Part shown: piece by piece, positions 1-8,962 of the stretch
How the letters are laid out: each line of letters begins with the position of its first letter
How positions within the stretch are numbered: position 1 is the stretch's first letter
Source of the DNA: an uncultured delta proteobacterium
GTDB taxonomy: Bacteria > Myxococcota_A > Polyangia > Haliangiales > Haliangiaceae
DNA length: 64,000 nt
Reading direction: 5' to 3'
Assembly: GCA_963848295.1 (NCBI GenBank)
Contig: CAWKDB010000004.1
Span: 160,001-224,000 of the forward strand
Notes under the pieces: generated by a model
Told to the model about the DNA's origin: nothing
What the model saw: only the letters and a program-made list of their open reading frames with translations
Database searches by the model: none
Position numbers and translations under genes: made by a program

Positions 1-2011
1 CGAGCTCGTACATGTCGCGCAACGAGCTCTGGATCAGCGCGAACCGCAGCGGCGTGAACTCGACATCGTCGACCGGCGCCGCGGTGACCGAGTAGATCCG
101 CGCGGCGCTGTCGTAGAACACCGCCTGCATCCGGTCGAACACGGCGATCGCGCGGTCGCGATAGCGAACATCGCCGGTCGCGAGGTACGCCGCGAACAGC
201 CCGCGGATCGCCGCGGCGTGCGAATCGATGACGTCGCTGTCGTCGACGGCCGCGCCGGTCGCGACGTTCCAACCGGCGTACGCGCGGCCGGTGTCGTCGG
301 TGAGGTGGTCGTACAGCAGGGTCGCTTGCGCGAGCAGCATCTGGTCGACGCGATTCGCGAACGTCAGCGTCGCGTCGCCGGGGTATGCGAGGGCCAAGCC
401 GTCGAGCGCGGTCGCGATCCCCGCGCTGTCCGGCGTGTTGTTCGAGTACAGCTCGAGCTTCGAGCTCAGCGCGCGATGCACGGTGCGCAGGCCGATGAGC
501 GCGTACGCGAGCGACGTCGTGGCGACCGTCGTGCCGCGGGTCGGCGTCGCCCCCGCGAACGTGACATCGTCGACCAGCACGCCCGACGCCGGATCGGTGT
601 GCAGCCGATCGAGATCGACGATCGCGACGCGGATCATCGCGAGCGCGCGGTCGTGCAGCGTCGCCTCGCCGTCGGCGAGCCCGTTGTCGGCGGGGAACGG
701 ATCGCCGTCGAAGAACACCGCCGCGGTCTGAGCGCCGCCGACATCGGCGTTGCGCGCATCGGTCAGCGCGAAGAACTCGGAGAACCCCATGGCGAGCCCG
801 ATCTGATCGAGCAGCGAGCTATCCGCCGATGCCAGCGAGTACGCCGGCATCGGGAACACGCCGCCGTCGTCGCTCTCGGTCACCGCGATCTTGCCCGGGA
901 ACCACCGCAGCGGCGAGCTGTACCCGTACGCGAGCGCATCCGCGATCGACGCGAAGCCCGACAGCGTCGTGCCGTTGGTCGTGGTCAACGACTTCAGCCA
1001 ATCCTCCGCGCGATTATCGGCCATCGCGACGAACATCTGCGATTGAAAGCCCTCGATGTCGCTCGAGCCGAGGTAGGTTCCGGCAGCGGTCGGCATGCCG
1101 GTGTCGTCGGCGCCTACGATCATGTTGCCGGCCGTGCCGACGGTGTCGAGGTCGCCGACATCGACTGCCGCGACCGCGGCCTCGGTCGAGTCGTGCATGA
1201 CTTGCAGGTAGTTCAACGTCCACAAGCCGTACTTCCACAGCGAGAAGCCATCAGCGCCGGGCGTGATCGTCGGATCGATCTGCTGCGCGCGATTCGGCAG
1301 CTGCAACGATCGGGCATCGCATTCGTAATCGGCGCAGCCTACCGCGCCGGTCGCACCTGGATCGTCGTCGGAGCTGATCGCACACTGCAGCGCGACCGTG
1401 CCGACCGGTGCGATCGCCGGGTCGAAGCTCGCGAACACGTGGTTCGTCGGCCAGATCCCGGGCCAGCCGATCGGGTTGTCGGCGGCGTGGCTGATCGCGA
1501 GCGGGTAGGTGCCGGCCGGGAACACGAACCGGCCGGTCGCGTTGCTGCCCGCGGCGAAGTGCTGGACCGTGTCGATCAGATGCGCCGTCGCGGCGGTGCC
1601 GTGCGCGGCGTCGGGGTTGACGAGTGGGCCGTACGCGAGCGAGGTCCCGGCGCCCGCCTCGAACGCCAAGTTGTTCATCGGCTGCTTCGAGTATTCGTAC
1701 GATTCGACCGCGGTCGAGAACCCGGCGAGATCGATCCACGCACCGGCCGACCACACCGACGTGTCGAAGTAGAGATCCGGCGGCAGGTGGTCGCGGCTGT
1801 AATTGCCGAGGTTGCGGCCCATCGCTTCAGCGAGTGGCTCGCCGGAGATCTGCATCTCGCCGGCGGCGATCATGTGCTCGCGCACGACGAACCGCGTGCT
1901 GCCGACGCTCGAGGTCACGACGATCGGTTGTGCGGCCGAGCCGGCGTCGGGGCCGGGCGGCGCCGGCGTCGAATGGCAAGCGGTGAGCGCGACGAGGGCC
2001 ACGCGCCGCAT
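1..2011 (-). CDS. Large uncharacterised lipoprotein (3' end beyond window), with a possible six-hairpin glycosidase/AGE-like helical region
   Basis: Absent from the ORF track because it runs off the window; translated by hand. ATG at 2011-2009 overlaps the TGA of the upstream gene. Reads MRRVALVALTAC|HSTPAPPG... (lipobox) and stays open to position 1, including IRGLFAAYLATGDVRYRDRAIAVFDRM. GC3-biased codons. Confidence 0.8.
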   Translation of the reverse strand, partial: MRRVALVALTACHSTPAPPGPDAGSAAQPIVVTSSVGSTRFVVREHMIAAGEMQISGEPLAEAMGRNLGNYSRDHLPPDLYFDTSVWSAGAWIDLAGFSTAVESYEYSKQPMNNLAFEAGAGTSLAYGPLVNPDAAHGTAATAHLIDTVQHFAAGSNATGRFVFPAGTYPLAISHAADNPIGWPGIWPTNHVFASFDPAIAPVGTVALQCAISSDDDPGATGAVGCADYECDARSLQLPNRAQQIDPTITPGADGFSLWKYGLWTLNYLQVMHDSTEAAVAAVDVGDLDTVGTAGNMIVGADDTGMPTAAGTYLGSSDIEGFQSQMFVAMADNRAEDWLKSLTTTNGTTLSGFASIADALAYGYSSPLRWFPGKIAVTESDDGGVFPMPAYSLASADSSLLDQIGLAMGFSEFFALTDARNADVGGAQTAAVFFDGDPFPADNGLADGEATLHDRALAMIRVAIVDLDRLHTDPASGVLVDDVTFAGATPTRGTTVATTSLAYALIGLRTVHRALSSKLELYSNNTPDSAGIATALDGLALAYPGDATLTFANRVDQMLLAQATLLYDHLTDDTGRAYAGWNVATGAAVDDSDVIDSHAAAIRGLFAAYLATGDVRYRDRAIAVFDRMQAVFYDSAARIYSVTAAPVDDVEFTPLRFALIQSSLRDMYEL

Positions 2012-2550
2012 CAGAAGCTCCCCAGCTGGAGCTCGGGCGAGCACACGTAGTCGTTGTAGTACCCGCAGCCGACGTGGCACGTGTTGCAGTCGCCGCTCGG
2101 GATGCCGCCGTACGACGTGCCCGACGGCGCCGCGGTGCCGCGCCACGTGATCGAGACCGCCTTCGAGTCGGGATCTTCGGCGAGCTCGAACCACTCCCAG
2201 TCGGCCGCGCCGCCGGAGTTGAAGTTACCACCGCGCTTGGCCCCCGCGAGGATCAGCATCTGCGCGTTCTCGCGCGCCTCGACGATCACCGTGCCGAGCG
2301 GGAACGTCTTCGAGCCCGACGGCGGTGCTTGGTTGATGTACTGCGTGCGCGGCCCGAGCACGACCGGCGGATACGTGCCGTCGTCGGTCGGTCCGAGGTC
2401 ATGGACCGACGGCCACTGGCGGAAATCGGCGAACGTGTCGACGAACGCGACGAACGTCTCGTTGCTGTCGGCGGGCGGGGGCGGTGCCACCGTCTTGTCG
2501 CAGGCCGCGAGCGCGGCCCCGACCAAACTGATACTGAAAACCAATTTCAC
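2011..2550 (-). CDS. Cytochrome P460/c'-beta-fold monoheme lipoprotein
   Basis: Lipobox LAAC; FPLGTVIV, DWEWFEL and a C-terminal CxxCH (CNTCH) in the arrangement typical of the P460 family. Confidence 0.75.
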   Translation of the reverse strand: MKLVFSISLVGAALAACDKTVAPPPPADSNETFVAFVDTFADFRQWPSVHDLGPTDDGTYPPVVLGPRTQYINQAPPSGSKTFPLGTVIVEARENAQMLILAGAKRGGNFNSGGAADWEWFELAEDPDSKAVSITWRGTAAPSGTSYGGIPSGDCNTCHVGCGYYNDYVCSPELQLGSF

Positions 2551-2778
2551 TGCGCGCCAGTCTCCACCTCAAGCGAGGCGAGATCAAGCGCCAAGATTCC
2601 CCCAGTCGACGCCGCGGCGATGACGCTCGGTCTTCACCGACGAACGCTGGCGCGCGAACGCGAGCGCCCGTGGCGGTCTGCCACGCGCGACGGGCGCCTC
2701 TCTCCGGTCAGCGGGTGTTGGCCCGGCGCACGTCGATCTCGTTGGACACACAGCGTCGGCAATGGTGGTCTCGCTGCC

Positions 2779-3981
2779 ATGAGGATCTGGCTGTTACTCG
2801 GCCTCGTTACGGCCGCCTGTGGCGACAACCTGAAGGAAGCACCGGACGCGGGCGTTGCCGGGAGCGATGCGCCGGCCGGGTTCGTCGAAGCGACGCATGC
2901 GGCACCACCGCAGGTCGTGTCGGGTGGCGGCGCGGTGCTCGCGGCACCGACGGTCGTGCCGATCTTCTTCACCGGCGATGACACGACGCAAGCGCAAGTC
3001 GAAGACTTCCTCGGCATGTTGCCGGCGTCGCCCTACTGGACGACGACGGTCAGCGAGTACGGCGTCGGTGCGATCACGATCGCTCCGTCGATCGTCTCGA
3101 CCGATCCCGCGCCGACGACCGATGCCGACCTCGAGACCTGGCTGACGACGAACACCGATGGCACGCACGTGCCATGGCCGGTGGCGGACGCGAATACGAT
3201 CTACGCGGTGTTCTTGCCCGCGGGCGTCGTGTTGTCGGACGGTCCGGGCGACACCAGCTGCGTCGACTACGGCGGATACCACTCGGAAACGACGACGACG
3301 ACCGGGCAACCGCTCGTCTACGCGCTGCTGCCGCGTTGTGGCGCCTCGACGATCGGCACGACCCTCGACAACCTCACCGCCGCGCTGAGCCACGAGCTGA
3401 TCGAAGCGTCGACCGACCCGACGCCGTTCTCGAACCCCGCGTACACGCGCATCGACCCCGATCACTACATCTGGAGCCACACCCCGGGCGCCGAGATCGG
3501 CGACATGTGCGAGTACGTCGACGCCGCGTACCAGAAGCTGGTCGGTCCTTACCTCGTCCAGCGCACGTGGTCGAACGCGTCGGCCGCCGCCGGACACGAT
3601 CCATGCGTGCCGGTGATGGACACTCCGTACGTCGCCGCGATCCCGGAGTTACCGGACGACATCGCGGTGATGTCGCGCGGCGCCGCGACGACGACGAAGG
3701 GGCTCGCGGTCCCGGTCGGTGTGTCGAAGATGCTCGAGCTAGACCTGATCAGCGACGCCGAGACGATCGACTTCACGATCGGTGGCCAGGACGCCGCCGT
3801 GTTCACCGGCGGGCAGCGCACGCTCGATCTGCAATGGGGCACGGTGCTCGGCAATAACGGCACGAAGGCCCAAGTCCTGGTCACCCGCACGGTCGCGAAC
3901 ACGCGCGGCAACGAGCTCGAGATCACCGCGACGGTCGGCGGCAAGATCGTCGCCGTGTGGTGGGCGTTCATCGGCGACTGA
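2779..3981 (+). CDS. Lipoprotein of unknown function (Phi-1/EXORDIUM-like motifs)
   Basis: Start MRIWLLLGLVTAAC|GDN; motifs GGYHS, SHELIEASTDP, EIGDMC, YLVQRTWSN. Confidence 0.7.
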   Translation: MRIWLLLGLVTAACGDNLKEAPDAGVAGSDAPAGFVEATHAAPPQVVSGGGAVLAAPTVVPIFFTGDDTTQAQVEDFLGMLPASPYWTTTVSEYGVGAITIAPSIVSTDPAPTTDADLETWLTTNTDGTHVPWPVADANTIYAVFLPAGVVLSDGPGDTSCVDYGGYHSETTTTTGQPLVYALLPRCGASTIGTTLDNLTAALSHELIEASTDPTPFSNPAYTRIDPDHYIWSHTPGAEIGDMCEYVDAAYQKLVGPYLVQRTWSNASAAAGHDPCVPVMDTPYVAAIPELPDDIAVMSRGAATTTKGLAVPVGVSKMLELDLISDAETIDFTIGGQDAAVFTGGQRTLDLQWGTVLGNNGTKAQVLVTRTVANTRGNELEITATVGGKIVAVWWAFIGD

Positions 3982-3983
3982 AC

Positions 3984-5534
3984 TTAGAGCCCGAAGAACG
4001 TCTTGATCCCGGCCAAGATGCGCTCGCGCTCGCTGTCGTGACGGCTCGCGAGCATGGTCGCGTCGACGCCTTCGCGCACCGCCATCAACTGGATCCGGCG
4101 GGTCGCCATCTTCTCGGACATCTCGTTCGCGATCGCGGGGCGCGCGGCGAGTAGCGCCTCGAAAGGCTTGCGGCCGAGCCGGAAGCATTCGACCTCGGTC
4201 GTCGCGACCACGTCGGCGGTGCGCGGTTCGCCGGTCATCAGGCTCATCTCGCCGAAGAAATCGGGCGCGGCGAGCTTCGCGACCGCGACGCGTTGTTCCG
4301 GGATGCCGCCCGCGCCATCGGGATCGACGAGCATCCGGATCTCGGCGTCGCCAGCGGTCAGGATGTACAACCAGTGCGCGGTCGCGCCTTGCCGCGTGAT
4401 CGTCTCACCCGCGGCGTAGATCGCATGGCTCATGTCGCTCGCGAGCGTCCGGAGCTCTGCTTCGGTCATCGACTGGAACAGGTGAACGGTCTTGACCGCG
4501 TCGAGGTGGACATCGCCCTCGCGCGCGATCCGCTTGGCCTTGCGAACGTCGTCTTGGATCTCGACGAACGCGGTGTGCGCCGGCACCGCGAGCGGAATCC
4601 CCGCGCGCTTGAGCGCGGAGTAGATCCGCGTGCGAACGCGCGAGCTCGTCGGGTCATCGGCGGCGAGATCGACCAGCCAGTAGCGCACCGCATAGCTCGC
4701 GACGCTCTCGCGGCCTTCTTTGGTGAAGTCCATGCACACGCAGCTCGGCTTCGGATCGGGCGCGACGTTCTCGATCGGCGACGCGTTCACCCCCTGCAGC
4801 ACGACGTCGATCACGTGCGCGGGCGAGTAGCGATAGTCGACGTTGAACCACACCCACATGCGCAACGGCGCCGTCTCGCCTCCGCGCTTGCCGAGGATCG
4901 TGATGTTGTTAGCCAGGAGCTGCGCATTCGGCACGACGATCGTCGTCCAGTCGCGGGTCTCGACGATCGTATGGCGCCAGCGCACCGCGGTGACTCGGCC
5001 TTGCTTGCCGTTCTCGAGCTGGATCCAGTCGCCCTCGTGGATCGAGCCATCGAGCTGGAGCGCGACGCCACCGAGGATGTTGCCGAGCGTGCTCTGCAGC
5101 GAGATCGCGAGCACCGCGCTGACCACCGCGCCCGAGACCAACGCCCCGGTCGGGTCGACCCCGTGCGAGCTCAAGATCAAGAACGTGGCGACGATGTAGC
5201 CGAGGCCGACCGCCAGGTCGGTCGCGATCATCGGCAGCGTCACGCCGGTGATCGGCCAGAAGACCGTGAACACCAGCACCGCGCCGATATTGACGATGGC
5301 GAAGACGCGGACCAGCTCGGCGGCGATTCGCAGTCCCGCTTGTGCGGCCGGCTGACCCGCTTGTTGACCGATGTAGCTCGCGAACAGCGTCACCGCGTAC
5401 AGGACCGCGAGGATCGCGATCCGACGCAGCTGCGTGCGGTGCGCCGGCCTCAGCCGATTGACCAGCGCCGCGGTCAGGATCCAGCCCGCGAACAACCCGA
5501 GCGCCCACCACAATTCGCTCGCGTGTTCCGTCAT
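3984..5534 (-). CDS. MscS-family channel with C-terminal cyclic-nucleotide-binding domain
   Basis: N-terminal TM helices, LQSTLGNILGG...IHEGDWI MscS core, then FFGEMSLMTGEPRTADV CNB motif. Confidence 0.9.
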   Translation of the reverse strand: MTEHASELWWALGLFAGWILTAALVNRLRPAHRTQLRRIAILAVLYAVTLFASYIGQQAGQPAAQAGLRIAAELVRVFAIVNIGAVLVFTVFWPITGVTLPMIATDLAVGLGYIVATFLILSSHGVDPTGALVSGAVVSAVLAISLQSTLGNILGGVALQLDGSIHEGDWIQLENGKQGRVTAVRWRHTIVETRDWTTIVVPNAQLLANNITILGKRGGETAPLRMWVWFNVDYRYSPAHVIDVVLQGVNASPIENVAPDPKPSCVCMDFTKEGRESVASYAVRYWLVDLAADDPTSSRVRTRIYSALKRAGIPLAVPAHTAFVEIQDDVRKAKRIAREGDVHLDAVKTVHLFQSMTEAELRTLASDMSHAIYAAGETITRQGATAHWLYILTAGDAEIRMLVDPDGAGGIPEQRVAVAKLAAPDFFGEMSLMTGEPRTADVVATTEVECFRLGRKPFEALLAARPAIANEMSEKMATRRIQLMAVREGVDATMLASRHDSERERILAGIKTFFGL

Positions 5535-5594
5535 CGGGTCGGCCTATAAAAATACCGCATTGTGCGGCGGGCCGTCCCGGGCCGGCGCGGTCGG

Positions 5595-6557
5595 TTACAG
5601 GTGACCGAAGCCGATCTGGTCGACGCCCCGCACCGTGCGGCCCACGTTCGGGCCCATCGTCCAGCTCGCGCCCGAGTCATCCGAGATCAACACCTCGCCG
5701 TTGTCGCCGGCCGCGAAGCCGGTCGCGTCGTCCGAGTCCGGGTCCGCGATGTGGATCGCGTGGAGATCCGCGGTGCCGACATGCTGGACGTCGACCGCGC
5801 CGTTGACGTCGATCGTCGCGATCGCGCCACCGGCTCCGACCGCGACCGCGCTGCCGTCTTCGGCGATGCGGACGTCATCGAACACGAGGCTCGGATCGAC
5901 CGCGAGCGACTGCCAGGTCGAGCCCGCGTTCGTGCTCCTGGAGATGCCGGCACCGACCGCGATCACGAGCTCGCCATCGGGAGACACCGCGACCGTGCGC
6001 AGCCCGGCGATCGCGATGAGCTCGACGAGCTTGGTGCCATCGTAGGACCACACGCCTCCGTCGTCGCTGATCGCGAGCGTGGTGGGCGCTTCTTGCGCGG
6101 CGCTCACCGACCGGAAGTTGGTCGAGCCGTCGCCCAGGCTCTCCCACGTCGCGCCCGAGTCGGGCGAGGTCAAGAAGGCGCCGTTGCCCGCGAGGAACAC
6201 CGGCCCGTAGTCCTGAGTCGCGACCGCGCGGAGGTCCGCGGTCGTCGGGATCACCTGCGCGGTCCACGTCGTGCCCGCGTCCTTGGTGTAGAGCAGCGTG
6301 CCGGACGCACCGACGACCCACGCTTCGCCCTGATAGCGGCACGCGATGCCGCTGAGCGAGACGTCCGAGCCGAGGTCGTAGCCGGCGCCGACCGCGCCGT
6401 CGTCGCCGACGTTCTCCATCAGGCCGGCTTCACCGACGAGCCAGCCGCCGCCACCACCTCCGCCGCCGCCACCGCCACCGCCACCGCCACCGCCACCAGT
6501 TTTCTTGCAGCCGGTTGCAGCGAGCGAGGCAAAGAGGACGATCAGAGACGTGCGCAT
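5595..6557 (-). CDS. YCF48/BNR (Asp-box) beta-propeller lipoprotein with poly-Gly linker
   Basis: ATG at 6557 with AGGAG RBS; lipobox ATGC; repeated TxDxGxTW / SxDSGxSW motifs. Confidence 0.85.
   Translation of the reverse strand: MRTSLIVLFASLAATGCKKTGGGGGGGGGGGGGGGGGGWLVGEAGLMENVGDDGAVGAGYDLGSDVSLSGIACRYQGEAWVVGASGTLLYTKDAGTTWTAQVIPTTADLRAVATQDYGPVFLAGNGAFLTSPDSGATWESLGDGSTNFRSVSAAQEAPTTLAISDDGGVWSYDGTKLVELIAIAGLRTVAVSPDGELVIAVGAGISRSTNAGSTWQSLAVDPSLVFDDVRIAEDGSAVAVGAGGAIATIDVNGAVDVQHVGTADLHAIHIADPDSDDATGFAAGDNGEVLISDDSGASWTMGPNVGRTVRGVDQIGFGHL
6444..6497 (-). repeat. Poly-glycine-encoding tract (18 Gly codons, largely a CCGCCA hexamer array)
   Basis: Direct reading of 6444-6497. Confidence 0.9.
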
Positions 6558-6563
6558 GGTGGG

Positions 6564-6598
6564 CTCCTGAAGGGTGATGCTACCGACCCTTCGAGGAG
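6564..6598 (-). promoter_or_regulatory. 5'-UTR hairpin sequestering the Shine-Dalgarno of the BNR lipoprotein gene
   Basis: Minus strand CTCCT-C-GAAGGGT...ACCCTTC-AGGAG: a 12-bp stem with one bulge; its 3' arm is the AGGAG RBS 6 nt before the ATG. Confidence 0.5.
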
Positions 6599-6652
6599 GA
6601 TGGGCGGGAGATGTCGCACGCGGACCTACGCGAATCTCGGAACATCGTGTTT

Positions 6653-7012
6653 TCAAACCGGTAGGACGCCTGGCAACGACGAGATCAGGACGTCGGCTCG
6701 ATCGATCGCCCGCTCGGCCCGGGCGACGACATCGGGTGGGGCGAGTCGCTTCAGCTTCGCGAGCTTGACCACGCGCTCGAGCTCGCGCACCGCGATCCAC
6801 GCTCGATGATGAGCGCGCGAGCGCAGGCGACTACCGGGTGGCGCGGCGAACCCGTGCGCGAGATCGCCGCACGCGATCGCGAGGCCACCGACCAGATCGG
6901 CGCCGGGCATCGCCGGGACGAGATCTGCGAGTGGCGGGCCCGCGGCGAGCACGGCGCGGAACGACGGATGATGATCGAGAGGATGAGGAGGACGGGCACG
7001 GCGAACGGGCAT
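6653..7012 (-). CDS. Small helical protein, four-helix-bundle-like
   Basis: 119-aa ORF from ATG 7012; amphipathic helices (HHRAWIAVRELERVV...AIDRADVLISSL). Confidence 0.5.
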   Translation of the reverse strand: MPVRRARPPHPLDHHPSFRAVLAAGPPLADLVPAMPGADLVGGLAIACGDLAHGFAAPPGSRLRSRAHHRAWIAVRELERVVKLAKLKRLAPPDVVARAERAIDRADVLISSLPGVLPV

Positions 7013-7150
7013 GCGTGCGGTTACTTCACGTGGTGCGCCACCCCGCGCTCGTGCGGACTCGCGGACTTGCGCGGCCAAGTGTCCGACATGGCCGGATTCC
7101 GGCCGGATCTCGGCCAAGCTCGGACACGGCTGCTACAGTCCGCGACCACC

Positions 7151-8962
7151 ATGCAGTATCGCATCGGCCGCGAGCTCGGCGCGGGCGCGCTCGGACGCGT
7201 CGTCGAGCTGATCGATGACGACGGCGCCGTGTGGGCCGGCAAGATCTTGCACGCGAGCCAACAAGGCGACGGCCGCGCGCGCCGCCGGTTCGAGCTCGAG
7301 GCCAAGCTCCTCGCCGGGATCCATCACCCGAACTTGATCGCGGTCGAGGGCCTGGTCGAGGTCCAAGGTCACTGCGCGCTGCTGATGGAGCTCGTGCCGG
7401 GCTCGGACCTCGCTCACCTGATCGCGGTCGAAGCGCCGCTGGCTCCGGATCGCGTGATCGCGCTCGGGGTCGGCATCGCGGCCGGGCTCGCCGAGGCGCA
7501 TCGCGCCGGCCTGGTCCATCGCGATCTCAAGCCCGCGAACATCTTGCTCGGCGCCGACGGCACGCCGAAGGTCGGCGACTTCGGGCTCGCGCGCGCGACG
7601 TCATTCGCCGCGAGCGATCCGGATGCGGTCGCGGTCGCCGGCACGCCGGATTACATGGCGCCGGAGTCGGTCGATCCGCTCGCGATCGACGGCCGCAGCG
7701 ATCTGTACGCGCTCGGCTGCATCTTGTGCGAGCTGGCGACCGGCGAGCCGCCGTATCACGGCGCCACCGCATTCGCCGTGCTCCAGGCGCATCGCACCGA
7801 GCCGATCCCCGCGCTCGAGGCCGTGCCCGCGGGCTTGCGCCGCGTGATCCGCTGGCTGCTCGCGAAGTCGCCGGCCGATCGGCCTCAGTCCGCCGGCGAG
7901 GCGCAAAGCGCGCTCGAGAGTCTCGGCGACACGCATGCGACCACCGCGCTCGCGACGCTCGGCGACCCCCGGGTCGCGGGCGGCCGGCGGTGCGCGAAGT
8001 GCGGCGCGATCGGTCCCGCGTTGGTCCACGTTTGCTTCGCGTGCGGCGAGGCGCAGCTCGAGATCAGCGACGGTCCGGCGAGCGTGTTCGTCACCGGGCC
8101 GGGCGAGCAAGCGGCCAAGCTCGACGCCGCGCTACGGCTCAAGCTGTTGGCGTGGCTCGCCGCGAATCCGGCGCTCGGGTTGCACTCGAAGACCCTCGCG
8201 AAAGAAGTGCCGCGGCTGCCGTTCACGCTGATGTCCGGCATCGACGACGTCTCCGCGATCGCGCTCGTCGCCGCGCTGCGTGGGCTCGGGCTCGAAGCCG
8301 AGTGGTTGGTCGGCGGCCGGTTTGCGTTGCCCGCGATTCGCGGCAAGGGCTGGACGCTCGCGAAGCGAGTCGCGCTGATCGGCGTGAGCGGCGTGTTCTT
8401 CACGATGCGCGGCTCGGTGATCGGCATGGCGGTGGGCGCGATCGGGATCGGCGTCGCCTCGCTGTGGCACGGCTTCGGCGCCGGGGCGCGACCGGTCGCG
8501 AAGCTCGCGAACGGACAGGCGCGGGTCGCGTTATCGTCGGCGCTCGATGCGGCGCTCGCGCGCGTCGCGGCCGTCATACCGGCGATGGTCGCCGCTCGCC
8601 ACCGCGATACGCTGCGCGGCGTCGTCGAACGCGCGCTCGCGTTGCGCGATGCCATCGACCCGGCGCAGCGCGGTTCGCTCGAGCCGCAGATCGCCGAGCT
8701 CGTCGATCACGCCGCGATCGCGGCATCTCGGCTCGACCAGCTCGAGGCGCAGTTGTCGCCCGACGATCTGCGCTCCGACGACGCGGGCAAGCGCGAGAGC
8801 TGGCACGTCCGCGACCGCTGGGCCGGCCGGTTGCTGCAAGTCACCGCGTTCCTCGATGCGATGCGCGCGCGTGCGGTGATGGCGAAGGCCCGCGGCGCGG
8901 CCCAAGGTGATCTCGACGAGCTGCGTTCGCACATCGCGGCGCTCGAAGAGGTGTCGGCGTGA
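7151..8962 (+). CDS. Ser/Thr protein kinase with Zn-ribbon, L7/L12-CTD-like domain, 2 TM helices and helical C-terminus
   Basis: GAGALG, AGK, HRDLKPAN, DFG, GTPDYMAPE; CAKC...CFAC; hydrophobic hairpin near 8370-8470. Confidence 0.9.
   Translation: MQYRIGRELGAGALGRVVELIDDDGAVWAGKILHASQQGDGRARRRFELEAKLLAGIHHPNLIAVEGLVEVQGHCALLMELVPGSDLAHLIAVEAPLAPDRVIALGVGIAAGLAEAHRAGLVHRDLKPANILLGADGTPKVGDFGLARATSFAASDPDAVAVAGTPDYMAPESVDPLAIDGRSDLYALGCILCELATGEPPYHGATAFAVLQAHRTEPIPALEAVPAGLRRVIRWLLAKSPADRPQSAGEAQSALESLGDTHATTALATLGDPRVAGGRRCAKCGAIGPALVHVCFACGEAQLEISDGPASVFVTGPGEQAAKLDAALRLKLLAWLAANPALGLHSKTLAKEVPRLPFTLMSGIDDVSAIALVAALRGLGLEAEWLVGGRFALPAIRGKGWTLAKRVALIGVSGVFFTMRGSVIGMAVGAIGIGVASLWHGFGAGARPVAKLANGQARVALSSALDAALARVAAVIPAMVAARHRDTLRGVVERALALRDAIDPAQRGSLEPQIAELVDHAAIAASRLDQLEAQLSPDDLRSDDAGKRESWHVRDRWAGRLLQVTAFLDAMRARAVMAKARGAAQGDLDELRSHIAALEEVSA

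Noticed and set aside
218..2050. 610-aa plus-strand ORF and many other long Arg/Ala-rich ORFs (e.g. 18172-20763, 39743-42187, 60892-63033)
   Set aside because: These are antisense or off-frame shadows of real genes, expected at this GC content, with no recognisable motifs.
2551..2778. Hairpins in the divergent intergenic region as a possible riboswitch or ncRNA
   Set aside because: The stems are short and GC-only, expected by chance, and show no recognisable aptamer consensus.
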